From positions 1-37,009 of the forward strand of contig NIVC01002348.1 in assembly GCA_002269645.1 (NCBI GenBank): 37,009 bases of DNA. Direction: 5' to 3'. Positions within the stretch are counted from its first letter, which is position 1, and every line of letters starts with the position of its first letter. The stretch is from Macrostomum lignano (Eukaryota). Under the pieces are notes generated by a model. It had not been told where the DNA came from and ran no database searches. It worked only from the letters and a program-made list of their open reading frames with translations. This document shows positions 22,700 through 34,194 of this stretch, in pieces. Made by a program: the position numbers and the translations under genes.

Positions 22700-23210
22700 A
22701 GTTGGCCAACTTGAGACACCTAACCATCAATTGCCTGTCCACCAACGCAGCGAGGGACGTATGTAAACACATGGTTGAACCACTCAATGCATTTGTCCAC
22801 AGAGATGCAGCCAATGGTTCTGTCCACCATGTTGTACAGAATGTCTCGCCGATAGGCCGCCATTGACTGATTCCCGTGCTGCTCAGCTATCGGAGCGATA
22901 AAATTTTGCTGGTCTGCTGCCAGTTTTCTCTTCAGAGTGTCCTTCCAACAGGAGATTGAGTTCTCCACAGGACTCAAAAATGGACTGTATGGTGGAAGCC
23001 GCTTGACCTGAATGGTTTCCGGAATCTCGTAGGCTGCTTTTCCGCTCTCCCTGACCTCACAATCGTGTTCGCTGTTGACCTCTTGACTTCAAGTTGGCGC
23101 GCCAGTTCCACAAGTCATCCCCATGATCAGCAGCCCTGATGATAGGGTCTCGTCACTGTTGCTTAAACAATAGCGCCCTGCCGAGGCTGCTGTTCCATGA
23201 TATCTTCATC
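22700..23210 (-). mobile_element. Internally deleted Tc1/IS630-like (DDE_3-type) transposon remnant
   Basis: Minus strand shows HTH-like VELARQLEVKRSTANTIVRSGR (~23045-23112) joined out of frame to the catalytic end IQVKRLPPYSPFLSPVENSISCWK...CIEWFNHVFTYVPRC (stop 22720-22722). TIRs not identified. Confidence 0.75.
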
Positions 23211-25150
23211 GAATTCTGCTTCAAATTAATCGATTCCATCTTCCAGCAATTCATCGTCTTCTTCAATCTGATTTTCAGCATTCATATCGTTTCTTGTTGC
23301 GCAACGATTGTACAGTTATATATGCAGTATGACTTTATATACTTTATTCTTTATTCTTATAAAATAGCTTCTATATTCTTCTTTGCTACTGAACTGAAAG
23401 TACTCGTAGAAAGCTGTTTTACTAAGTATTTATGCCTATGCTTACCTCCCTGTAATTTAACAGTTCGACAGAAAACATCTGTAAGTTTTTCCCCAGAAAA
23501 TGTGGCCGCAAAAACTTATTAAGAAGGCGAGTTATTGAGCTTAGAAATGTACGCTTGCTCATTTTCTGTCAAACATTGCCATAGACAGCGGCCATAGACA
23601 ATCTTTGCCGTATAAAAATCCTTGAGCATACACTCTGAGACTGTGGTCAAAATCCTCCAGTTTATTTGAACAAAAGACAACATGGCGACCAGGTAACACT
23701 GAACAGCATTAACAAGTAAGGAAGTTACCAAGCTGCCTGTGCCGCAAATGATGCCCATCATTTTCAATGCACTCACGGAGCCGACCAAGGAAGCCGTCAA
23801 CTGCATTGCGAACAGCATCCGCCCGGTTCTGTCGAATCCAATCGAAAGCTGTAACAATGGCTGCGTTCAGTTGGTGGAAATCCAAGAAAAGACGAAGGAA
23901 AAACTGACAGATGTTTTCTGTCGAACTGTTGAATTACAGGGTGACAGGCAAAACGGATTACTCGCAGTTAGCGCACAAAGAGTTACCCTTTTTTGGGACA
24001 CCCGTTATGCCTGAGTGGCCCATCTAGATACCTCGTATTTTAGTATCTGTGGTTGGGACTTGCACAGCCAAGACTTTTTCTATGGTAGCTGCTATACCAT
24101 TTCAATTTCGAGCCCTGCACATACTACTGAATAGATTAGATTTTTCATAGTGTACCCTGGGGACATATCATAAGTTACATGTATGATGACCTCTTTTTCC
24201 CTTAACTGTTGCGACTGTAAAAATTCTGCGCTATTAAAGCATGAAACTTTGACCCTATAATAGAATATATTTTTGACGCGGATTTCCATACCGTTAACGC
24301 TTATTAAATTGAATTATTACGGTCATAAATGCCAAACAAAATAGAGAATCTTGCTTGTCCTATTGCTCAAAAATCCCTATAAGTAACCCAGGAATTTTGT
24401 TACAATGTAATAACTATGTGAATGCTCTGTTACTTTTCTATCGGTCAACCAGAGGCGGCAGTGTTGTCGGTGAAGGCTCTGAACAATTCAGACTGATCAC
24501 ATGTAGCCAGTCTGACGTCTTTGATTTGCAAATTGAATTATTTGCTCTGCAGCATTGTCGTGATCCGCTTGTTTTGCTATGGAAACATACAGTGTTTTTA
24601 CTGAGTTTTATTGATGTTTATTTGATTAACAAAAAATTAGCCATATTTAAATTGACATCAAAAGGATACTATCCACGCTCATTAGTCGAAACAATGCCAA
24701 TACATTGAGCTACTTCGTAGATAATTGCTTCCGTGCATCATTGCTCAACCAATGGACACTCTGTCTGCAATAATTGTCACGGAAGCAAAACAGCCATCAC
24801 ACAAAACACCCAATAAAAGCGGTAATTGAGTTTGCTGTGACTGTGGACAGCGCATTAGATAGACAGACACAAGATTTTACAGCCAGGAACAATGACGTAT
24901 GCGGACACTGCATTTAGCGTGTCATTTTGAAGAAGGAAACTGCTCTCCTAATTAAAATATCTTTTTCTACGGCTTCATTAAAAAATAAAAGCTTTTCTTT
25001 GGTAACTTTATTCAACCTACTATCAATGCACCGAGCGTTTTTCTTTTAATCGTCACGGTTCAATCTTTTTACTGGAATTGTGTAAGAAATATATTGTTAT
25101 AGAAAATTAAAATATAATGGGACCATTAAAGGTTCGTCTCAGGCCAATAA

Positions 25151-25585
25151 CAAGGGGCTTTAGCACCAAGGGGCTTTAGCACCAAGGGGCTCTAGCACCA
25201 GGGGTTTAGCACCAAGAGGTTTTAGCACCAAGGGGCTTTAGCACCAAGGGGCTCTAGCACCAGGGGTTTAGCACCAAGAGGTTTTAGCACCAAGGGGCTT
25301 TAGCACCAAGGGGCTCTAGCACCAGGGGTTTAGCACCAAGAGGTTTTAGCACCAAGGGGCTTTAGCACCAAGGGGCTCTAGCACCAGGGGTTTAGCACCA
25401 AGAGGTTTTAGCACCAAGGGGCTTTAGCACCAGGGGCTTTCGCACCAAGGGGCGCCAGCACTAATAGCGCTATCCTCAAAGGCGCCATGAAGGGGCCTAA
25501 AGGGAAAAATAAAATGAATTTTCAGGTAGGAGTTCATATTAATACTCGTAGAATAAAAAACCAATTCACTCGCACAATAAAGGGG
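25151..25585. repeat. 15-16-bp minisatellite (GGGGCTTTAGCACCAA) with 62-bp higher-order period, inside an insertion flanked by a 17-bp direct repeat
   Basis: Higher-order unit starts at 25201, 25263, 25325 and 25387. TCGTCTCAGGCCAATAA at 25134-25150 and 25586-25602. Confidence 0.85.
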
Positions 25586-27307
25586 TCGTCTCAGGCCAAT
25601 AATCTGTGATTGGTTCCCGATGAGAGATGAAGAGAAAATCTACAGTCGAAATGCAGTTGTGAATTGTCAGTATAATAGAAAGAGCTGATTAATATTTACG
25701 ATGGCAGGATTTTTTTATATGCTTTGAGCATGCTGGCATACTCAACCCTTTACGAAATGAAACTGACCACTTTTGTCTTACTGTTGAATTCAATGTCAGC
25801 CACCTCTGGCCTGGACTTCAAGCTGGCAGTTGTGATTGAGCAGAATGCAGTGAGCAGCTCCCTCATTGATCTGGCTGTGAGCAGACGGGTGAACTCAAAC
25901 TGGAGACTGTTGCCAGGCCACTCAATGTCGCATGCAATTGTGCAGGTGCCCGCGGATGGAGCTCAGCAGGCTGCTAAAGAAGGTGAGTATCATAGATTTA
26001 GGCGGTTGAAACTAGTCTGTGACTGTAGTCACATCGTTATGAAAGTTGGGGTTCTCGGGCACAAAACCGGCGTCAAGTTTGATGATGCGTTTGGCGCTCA
26101 TGACGACCCAACTCCACTTTGCCCATGCCGAATTAATAGTGATTGTGATCAAAAAAGTAATCCTCGCATCTTTATGCTTATGGGTCAACGGAATCCAACA
26201 TATCAAAAGTGTTAGCCACTCGCGATTTTAGTTTGCTCCCAGTCAGGTCTGTCAGCTCTTCTGGCAATCGGCAGCTGCGGTCTCATCTCGGACCTGAGCT
26301 CGCTGTCCAAGTCCCTGCAACTGCCGTTCATCGCCCTGCCAACCGCTCTGTGCGAGGAGGGATATTTTCGTGAGTAACAGTGAAAAATCATTAAATCTAT
26401 CGGAGTTCGGTTAATTTTCGAAAAATAACTCAAGTAAGCTAAAATTACTGACAAATAATGTTTATGGAGTCATTTTCTCGGGCTATTTTTACCGCTCTTT
26501 CTCTTTCAAGATGTTTCCGATAAAAAAGAGACTACTAGACTACACTAGACTATACGAGCTAACTAAGTGTTCTTAGTGGTCCCTCTAACAAACTTGTGCC
26601 CATCACAGAGGAAGTCACAATTACTAAATCATAAATTGCGAAAAAATTTCCAATGTGATTCGAAAGACACAAGCGATTGACACTTTAGGGTACGGAGCCA
26701 TTGGCAGTCACTCAGTGTCTGAGGTTATCGGCGCTGCAGCCGAAATCATCTCAACCCTGGATGAAAAACAAGTGGCCATTTTGTACGACTCATCCAACGG
26801 TAAATAGTAATTACTAATTTAATGAATACAAGTATTTTTATGATACTGCTGTGATTAATAGAAATTAGTTAATAGTACTGTAACTCAAATTCCACTCTAC
26901 ATTTCTTATCTCACAGAGAATGGCTTCATCCAGTTGCTGCAGACGCGACTCTCGAGCATCGGCATCAGCTCCGTCCCTTTCAATGCCGACCCCACACTCA
27001 GCGGAGATCTTCTCTCCGAGAAGCTCAGGCGCCTCATGAAGAAGCGCCTGTTCAACGCCATCGTCATGGCGACGCCTCGCAACGCGCAAAGCATCGCGGC
27101 AGCCGCTGCGAACGCCAGCGTCATGCAGCAGAACTACTTCTGGCTCGTGATTGACAGCGGCGGACTCAGCAAGTCCCATCTGACACCGTTGTGTCCCAAC
27201 AACTGCAACCTGGCTCTGCTCAGAGGAGGCACAACTGGCGTCAATCGCCTGCAGTGAGAGACGTTTTTCCGAGCTTCGACACCGACAGCATTCGGGTGAG
27301 CGCCAGC

Positions 27308-27814
27308 TGCCCTGCCCTGCCTTGCCCTGCCCTGCCCTGCCCTGCCCTGCCCTGCCCTGCCCTGCCCTGCCTTGCCCTGCCCTGCCCTGCCCTGCCCTGC
27401 CCTGCCCTGCCCTGCCCTGCCCTGCCCTGCCCTGCCCTGCCCTGCCCTGCCCTGCCCTGCCCTGCCCTGCCCTGCCCTGCCCTGCCCTGCCCTGCCCTGC
27501 CCTGCCCTGCCCTGCCCTGCCCTGCCCTGCCCTGCCCTGCCCTGCCCTGCCCTGCCCTGCCCTGCCCTGCCCTGCCCTGCCCTGCCCTGCCCTGCCCTGC
27601 CCTGCCCTGCCCTGCCCTGCCCTGCCCTGCCCTGCCCTGCCCTGCCCTGCCCTGCCCTGCCCTGCCCTGCCCTGCCCTGCCCTGCCCTGCCCTGCCCTGC
27701 CCTGCCCTGCCCTGCCCTGCCCTGCCCTGCCCTGCCCTGCCCTGCCCTGCCCTGCCCTGCCCTGCCCTGCCCTGCCCTGCCCTGCCCTGCCCTGCCCTGC
27801 CCTGCCCTGCCTTG
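27308..27814. repeat. (CCCTG)n / (GGGCA)n tract in F3 intron 4
   Basis: About 500 bp, nearly pure; same intron position as in F2. Confidence 0.98.
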
Positions 27815-30007
27815 CTCAATCACCAACACACTGAGAGCATCAAAGCTCCAGCAATAATTTTCAGCAGCAGTGTACTGTACTCACAATAATACTCGATCTC
27901 CCATCAACCGAAATCTCGCACAGACACTGGACATCCGTCTCGTGGATGCGATCGAGGCTCTGGCGAAGGCTCTCACAGACTTGCTGACTCAGCCGGGATT
28001 CCAAGAGAGCAACGCGTCATGCTTTCCTCTGCAGCCGTGGTCGTCTGGCTCTCAAGTACTCAGCAACGTCATGTCTGTGAGTTCGTTCTCGCTGCTCACT
28101 TTATTGTGCATTTCACTGCTCATCGTTAACTGATCTCAGATGTGAGCAGTTACACTCGCCACTCTGTCTCATTTCAGTTATCGAACTTCGACTCGGGTCG
28201 CGGTGAGATTTCCTACAACTCGACAACAGGATTCTTCAACGCTCAGGGCGTTGAGATCGTTGCGTCATTCACTGAGCAGGTGGGAGCGGCAGCTGGATTC
28301 GTGCTGAGCGGTCGGTTCAGCAGCGGCTCGTTGACGAAACTGTTCCACAAGAGCGGCGGTGCATTCGTGTTTCCCAACACCTTCACGGGGTTCAACAATG
28401 CTACGTTGGTCGTTTGCTGTCCTATGGTAATAATCTCGTAAAAATATCACAAATTTTCTTTATAAAATCGAGAGTACTTATGCCAATTTCTTGTTGTTTT
28501 CAAGGTTTTCCCGTCCGCCGGTTTAATTGAAGATCTGGGCGATAATTTTTACAAAGGATATGGAATGGCTCCAGATATCCTTAAATATCTGTCTTCTAAA
28601 TTGAACTTTCGGTACGTAAGAAAATTGGAGTGTAAAAGTGCGAGACAATCCATTCTTACATGCCCGCTCTTGAAAATTTCAGATACATCCTCAAGAAACC
28701 TTACGACGGAGAGTGGGGTCGCCCGAATCCCGGCTCCAGGATCTTCACCGGCTGCGTTGGAGAGACTCAACAGGGGGTTTGTCAAGCAAACAGTTTTGTC
28801 CTACTTTTTAAAGTATCAGTGCAGTGAGGCAACACCGGTCCTCTCAAAAAAATGGAATGCAATTAATAACCAGAACGAGAATCTAAAATGGGCATCTTGA
28901 GATGAGATGTTATATTGTTATGAGCATTTCTCGTTTTGCATAGGTCCTTTTAAAAATTTCAGTACTCGACAGGATTATAATCTAAACGTCTATTGTAAAA
29001 AAAGGTCTAAACGTATATATTCTAAATATATTATAAACGTCTTTTTCGAGGTGGTCGACTTCTCAGCCGGGTCGTTTACAAAAACAACCGTACGAGCTAC
29101 TGTGATTGACTACTCGGCAGACCTGTACCCCGACTACAACGCCATTCTGATTCCGAGGCCACAAGAAGCGTCCAAGATGTGGAACGTGTTCCTCCCTCTG
29201 CACTGGCAGGTGTGGGCCTGTCTGGCTGGCTCATTCTTGGTTGCCGCATTCGCTCTTTGGATCCTTGCGTACTTTTCCCCGTTCTCCGCCATTAATCTGG
29301 GCCTGGAGGGCGCTATCAGTGACGAGGCCAGCTACTTTGAGTACCTGTGGACCATAATCGGCAGCTTCATGCAGCAGGGACAGGATTTCTATCCCTACGC
29401 TACGTCCCCTCGGGTGATCCTTGCTTTCTGGTGGTTTTTCAATGTTATCATTTATGCGGCTTATACAGGTAATCGCCAAGTTACATTTACGCTGATTGAT
29501 GAGATTTAAATTCAGATATTTTGAGCAGTGTTGTCATATTAATTTTGAATTCATCTTCAGCCTTTCTTACATCGTTTCTGACGATCACAACCACGGAATT
29601 GTCAATAAGGACGCTACAGGATTTGGTCGCGCAAACTGACATCGTACCCGGTTACTTTCCTGGTAGTAATTTGGACACTATGTTGAAAAGCAGCACGTCT
29701 GGCATCTACAAGCAGATCGCTGACATCATGGTTCCTGCGCCTGAGTGCCCGAGTTTGGTAGGCCTGAAACAGTGCTTGGGATACACTAGTTTGAGCCGTT
29801 TTTTTCTGAAATCGATCACATAGATACCTACCGGCAAACCATTTTTAGTTTACAGGACTAGCAATCAGCTCCCCGTGTTGGGGAGAGAAAAAAATTTAAT
29901 TCTTTTTTTTGAATAAACTATATGTAGCTTCTCCTCGCAATAAACAAAGCGTTAACGCATTGACATCTTAGCTATTCCCCCCGTAAGCCTTGAAATCTCA
30001 GCAATTC

Positions 30008-30080
30008 CCCTAAACCCAAACCCTTACCCTAACCCTAACCCTAAACCTAACCCTAATCTTAACCATGATCCTAACCCTAA
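30008..30080. repeat. Degenerate telomere-like (CCCTAA)n tract in F3 intron 10
   Basis: CCCTAACCCTAACCCTAAACCTAACCCTAA visible; interstitial and imperfect. Confidence 0.75.
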
Positions 30081-31174
30081 TTTCGTGTTCTTTCAACAAA
30101 AAGACACAATTTCTGTAAAATCTCTGGGTCAGCTAAATAGTAAGAATACCAAGCCATTTTTCCGCCCGTCGAACTACCAAAGGTGGGGGGACGGCATTCT
30201 GCTGTGCCGGAAAGGAGCAACGCAGGCGCACGAAATTCAAGGACACGGCTAAATTTTTGTTTAGCACCTTCTCAAACAAGAATCAAGTCGCCAGCCTTTG
30301 GGACCGTCGAGATATTCGACGATTTTGCCAGAAGGTCGGATTTTTTCCATAAGGCTAATGCATTCAATGCCAAGGGAAATTCCCCCGTGGTAGTTCTACT
30401 GTTAATTAGAGACGCATTCAAGACAGACGTTCCTATTGGACAAATGTACGTGTTCTCTCTTTTAGTTAAATAATACTTGTCTCTTGTACTCCCCAGTAAT
30501 AATACTCGTACTCCCCTAATAGCTTAGGGGAGAAATTGCGCATACAAGTTTTTTTAAATTGCCTTTCACAACGAACGCACCTATTTCAGTCACTGCATAG
30601 CAACATAGCCTGCATGAACGATTTAATGGCAATGAAAGCCATGGCCAAGCTCAATTGTTCTCGCGTGTACATCGCTGACGAAGTGTTCAATGCGGCTACT
30701 GTGGCGTTTTTGTACCCCGAGGATGCCTTCTTTGGCCAGCTGATGGACTACTAGTGAGTATCAGTAGTATATACTACTCAGTAGAAAGCTCGCACAGCTT
30801 GCAGAAGGTGCTTGCTACGTCGAAAGTTTCATTTACCTTTTTGGAAATTTACAAGGGTGCGACTCTGTCAAGTTCCTTGGGTTCGACCCTAAATTCTTAC
30901 TATACTTTATCATTTTCATACGGAAGTTTATTTATCTGCACTGCTCTGCTCTTGCATCAATACGATGTTCTGTCGAAAAATCGATATTAATTTTATATTA
31001 GCTCATATTTTAAGATTGAGGAATACTTTGAGCTATACTCTAAGCTACAGTTTGTTTATTGCAGACTGAAGTATCCTTGATTACAAGTCCTCCTTCGTAA
31101 GCAGTTCTAGGATGCCGAATCAGAGGCAGGGGGCTGTTTGCACCCTGGCGCATTTTAAGCGACATTGTTACCTC

Positions 31175-31478
31175 GTACACAACCGGCGAGAGTAATCACT
31201 GCCCACCCCGCCGACTCCTCTGAGCAGGCACACAAGCGCGCGGATGCGTACGCAGTCATACGCACAGGCACACACTCACACAGGAGTGCACAGCGGCCCT
31301 GATTTTATTTATCGTTAGGCATGTACACTTCACTGTGCCTTGGGGGTTGGCCCTAATTTCACAAGCGGAACTAAGTCGAGATTCCTATTTAGCCCCAAAT
31401 TAATGTGACTGCACTCGCAATCGAGCCTGGGCCGCTGGCACACCAGAGCGCCGCGTGGACCACTGGGAATCGGCCCCC
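31175..31478 (-). mobile_element. tRNA-derived SINE, copy 1 (F3 intron 11)
   Basis: About 300-bp dispersed repeat shared with 33515-33836. The minus-strand 5' end is tRNA-like (GGGGCCGATTCCCAGTGGTC...GGCTCGATTGC). Confidence 0.7.
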
Positions 31479-33514
31479 TTACTTGACCAGTACAAGTAGC
31501 AAATAATATAACCGCGTCTGTACTTATGTACACCGACAGCATTCGAAAGTTCCGAGAGTCCGGTCAACTGCAGCTAGTGACGAACATGTACGACGCGTCG
31601 AACAATATCACCGCTTGTAACACTGGAGTGAGCAGTTCCGCTGCACCAGCGATCAGTCTCGATGTTGTAGCGGGCTGTTTCGCTGTCACCGGAGCGCTTT
31701 ACGGATTTGGACTCGCTCTGCTGCTTGGAGAACTGCTCTGCATGAAGATTCGCAGGTCGCAGTGCTGCAGTAGCAACTCGGAATGAAACTTTGCTGACAA
31801 TAATTAATAACTCGATTATGCCACGAGAAAAGCTTCTTATTTCAAGACACCTTAATTTTATTAGCTTATTAATGATATTTTGAGTCGTAAATTCGTTCCT
31901 GTCCTTAATACACTGCTAAATTAAGTTGCACCGCAATTAACGACGTCAATCATTGTAGTAATCGATTAGTCATGAGTCTACTTACACGAATAGTTAATTT
32001 GTCACATAGAAAAAGCTCCTTGGCAGAAACGTTCCAGCTGCACGTAAATCTCTATGATTTCTACACCCTGAAAAGTTTTTTTTATCGAGAAAGCTATAAA
32101 ATTTTCAGCCCCAATATCAAAACCGTCCTTCTGCAGTTTATGGATTTTATGCTCCTACAATACACTGGTCAATCGCTTATTGAATGCACTGTTTAGTTTT
32201 AATTCCAGCATTTTAACTTTACAAATTTTTTTCTGAAATATGAATAGATGTAGAAAATGCCTGTGAGGCGTAAAGCGTGCAGCCTGCAAGGTCGAACAAA
32301 GCCGGTACTGTAGGGTTTGAAACTGCCGCACTGCTTTGTATGTAAAACAGTTTAAAGTTATTATAGTCCACTAACACTTGACATTCCTGCCGACAAAAAA
32401 CAACTATTTTACCTACCTGCCCTACCCTAATGAGGATCAAGGAGATAATCGCAAAAAACTTCACTTTAGGGAATCACTGAACTTCCAAATACACGCAGCA
32501 TGTTCCACGGATATGTATCCACCCTTCAACTTATAAACTGTAAATTGAAAGTACTCGTATTATTTAAGAATCTACCTGAGAACATTGTTGGCTGCAAGTT
32601 AGACTCATATCATGGACAACTCCATTGACTCATCCATGGACTCATATATGTAGTTAAAATTAAATGCGTTTTCAGTCGTTAAGCAGCACATTGAAGTTTG
32701 CAATCCTTTGTTAAAATCATCTGTTCGTTCTTTGCCTATTCGAATAAGTCGAAATGCTGTGACAACGATGGCTCCAAGATGGCTGGCAGATAAGTAGATA
32801 AGCTAGCTAAAGTTATCGACCAAGCTCGGCATCTTCAACAAAACTACATGAACCTTTTCTCTTAGTGCGAGGCTCTATCCATCTATCAAACTATTTTTTT
32901 ATACGCTCGTAAATCTATTATCTAACAACCATACATGTTACCTAATGGCAGAATCTTCGTATCCCGTACAGACCAATGGCACTTGTAATCGATCAAATAT
33001 GATAGTTTCTGCAAAACTCGTGTTTTTCGCATCAAATATGAAAGCTCAAAGCTCATTGTTCATCTGTGTGAATCTCTGACTAAATATTCCATGCTCTGTG
33101 ACGTTTCGGTGATCATCGTTGACTTATTTCTTATTTATTATTTATTGCAAATTCTCTTCTCGTGTTAGGCTCTATGCACAAAGATCTGAACAAGAGGCAG
33201 TTTAGTGTTTGATTTAGCATGCAGAATAGGCGCCAGCAATATCAGCAGCTGCCCTATTAAGACTGGGCTGCAGTCTCGGCTTTGGAAGTCCCAGCTTGAT
33301 TTCAAATGCACAAAAGCCGTAATTACAATCGATATATACTGTGGAGATATGAATAGGAGGAATATTTCCTCTGTGAAATCTTGGGGATCTACGTGAACTA
33401 ACCTACGTACATGTACCTTACTACGAATATACCGGTCGGCTTGCTCACGATACAAAAATGCTCATCGTTAGCCCATCCACTTTAGAACTCCCAAAACGAG
33501 CTTGGTTTGTTTGG

Positions 33515-33836
33515 TTTGTATCACAACGAGTTTGAGTTTGGTTACTGCCCATTCCGTCGACTCTCCTGAGCAGGCACACAAGCGCGCGGATACGTGCGCA
33601 GTCATACGCACAGGCACACACTCACACAGGAGTGTACGGGGGGCCCTAACTTTATTTATCATTCGGCATGTACACTTCACTGTGCCTTGGGGGTTGGCCG
33701 TCAAGGGCGTTAATTGCACGAGTAGACTTAAGCCGAGATTCCAATTTAGGCCCAAATTAATGTGACTGCACTTGGGATCGAGCCTCGGACGCTGGCAGAT
33801 CAAAGCGCCGCGCTAGACGACTAGGCTATGGCCCCC
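33515..33836 (-). mobile_element. tRNA-derived SINE, copy 2 (F3-R3 spacer)
   Basis: Minus strand begins GGGGCCATAGCCTAGTCGTCTAGCGCGGCGC...GGCTCGATCCC, with A-box-like and B-box-like motifs. Body aligns to 31175-31478. Confidence 0.72.
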
Positions 33837-34194
33837 GTGATTAGGCACATTTAAAACTCAGTATAATGTAAGATGCAGAGCATAATACGAGTATGTCTAA
33901 TAGATTCGTTTCCACATGTTACAAAGAGCGTAGCAAGAATTTTTTGCGAGGGGCAACATTTCATTTGAAGCGGTGCCATATACTTTTAATTGTGATATGG
34001 GGTACATAACACCAAAGATCATATCATAACACTCATCTTCTCCTGGAGAAGTTGTACGGTTGTAAATGAAAATAGTGATTTACTTATTGGCAGGTTACAT
34101 GTATGCACTCCTTTTACAAGCAAGAAATTCTAAAAAATAGAAAAGTGGCCGTATAAAATTGCATAAATTTGCTTGTTTCAAAATAATTTCAATT

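Larger units (their letters stand above)
25757..31786 (+). pseudogene. F3: full 12-exon iGluR-like gene, disabled only by a 16-bp deletion in exon 4
   Basis: Exons 25757-25982, 26232-26369, 26689-26799, 26917-27295 (379 = 395-16), 27924-28076, 28178-28426, 28505-28611, 28683-28776, 29051-29468, 29561-29757, 30590-30753 and 31540-31786. The deletion removes CGGCCATCGGACTGTC (F2 12561-12576), giving TGA at 27255-27257. Motifs FMQQGQDFYP and AYTAFLTSFLT. Confidence 0.9.

Noticed and set aside
23519-24014. Overlapping 112-aa and 91-aa ORFs
   Set aside because: No recognisable domain or splice structure; may be decayed transposon sequence. A BLASTX search would be needed.
27134-27889. (GRAGQ)n and (PALPC)n proteins, also at 12506-13135
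   Set aside because: All frames of (CCCTG)n are stop-free, and the tract lies inside a well-defined GT-AG intron.
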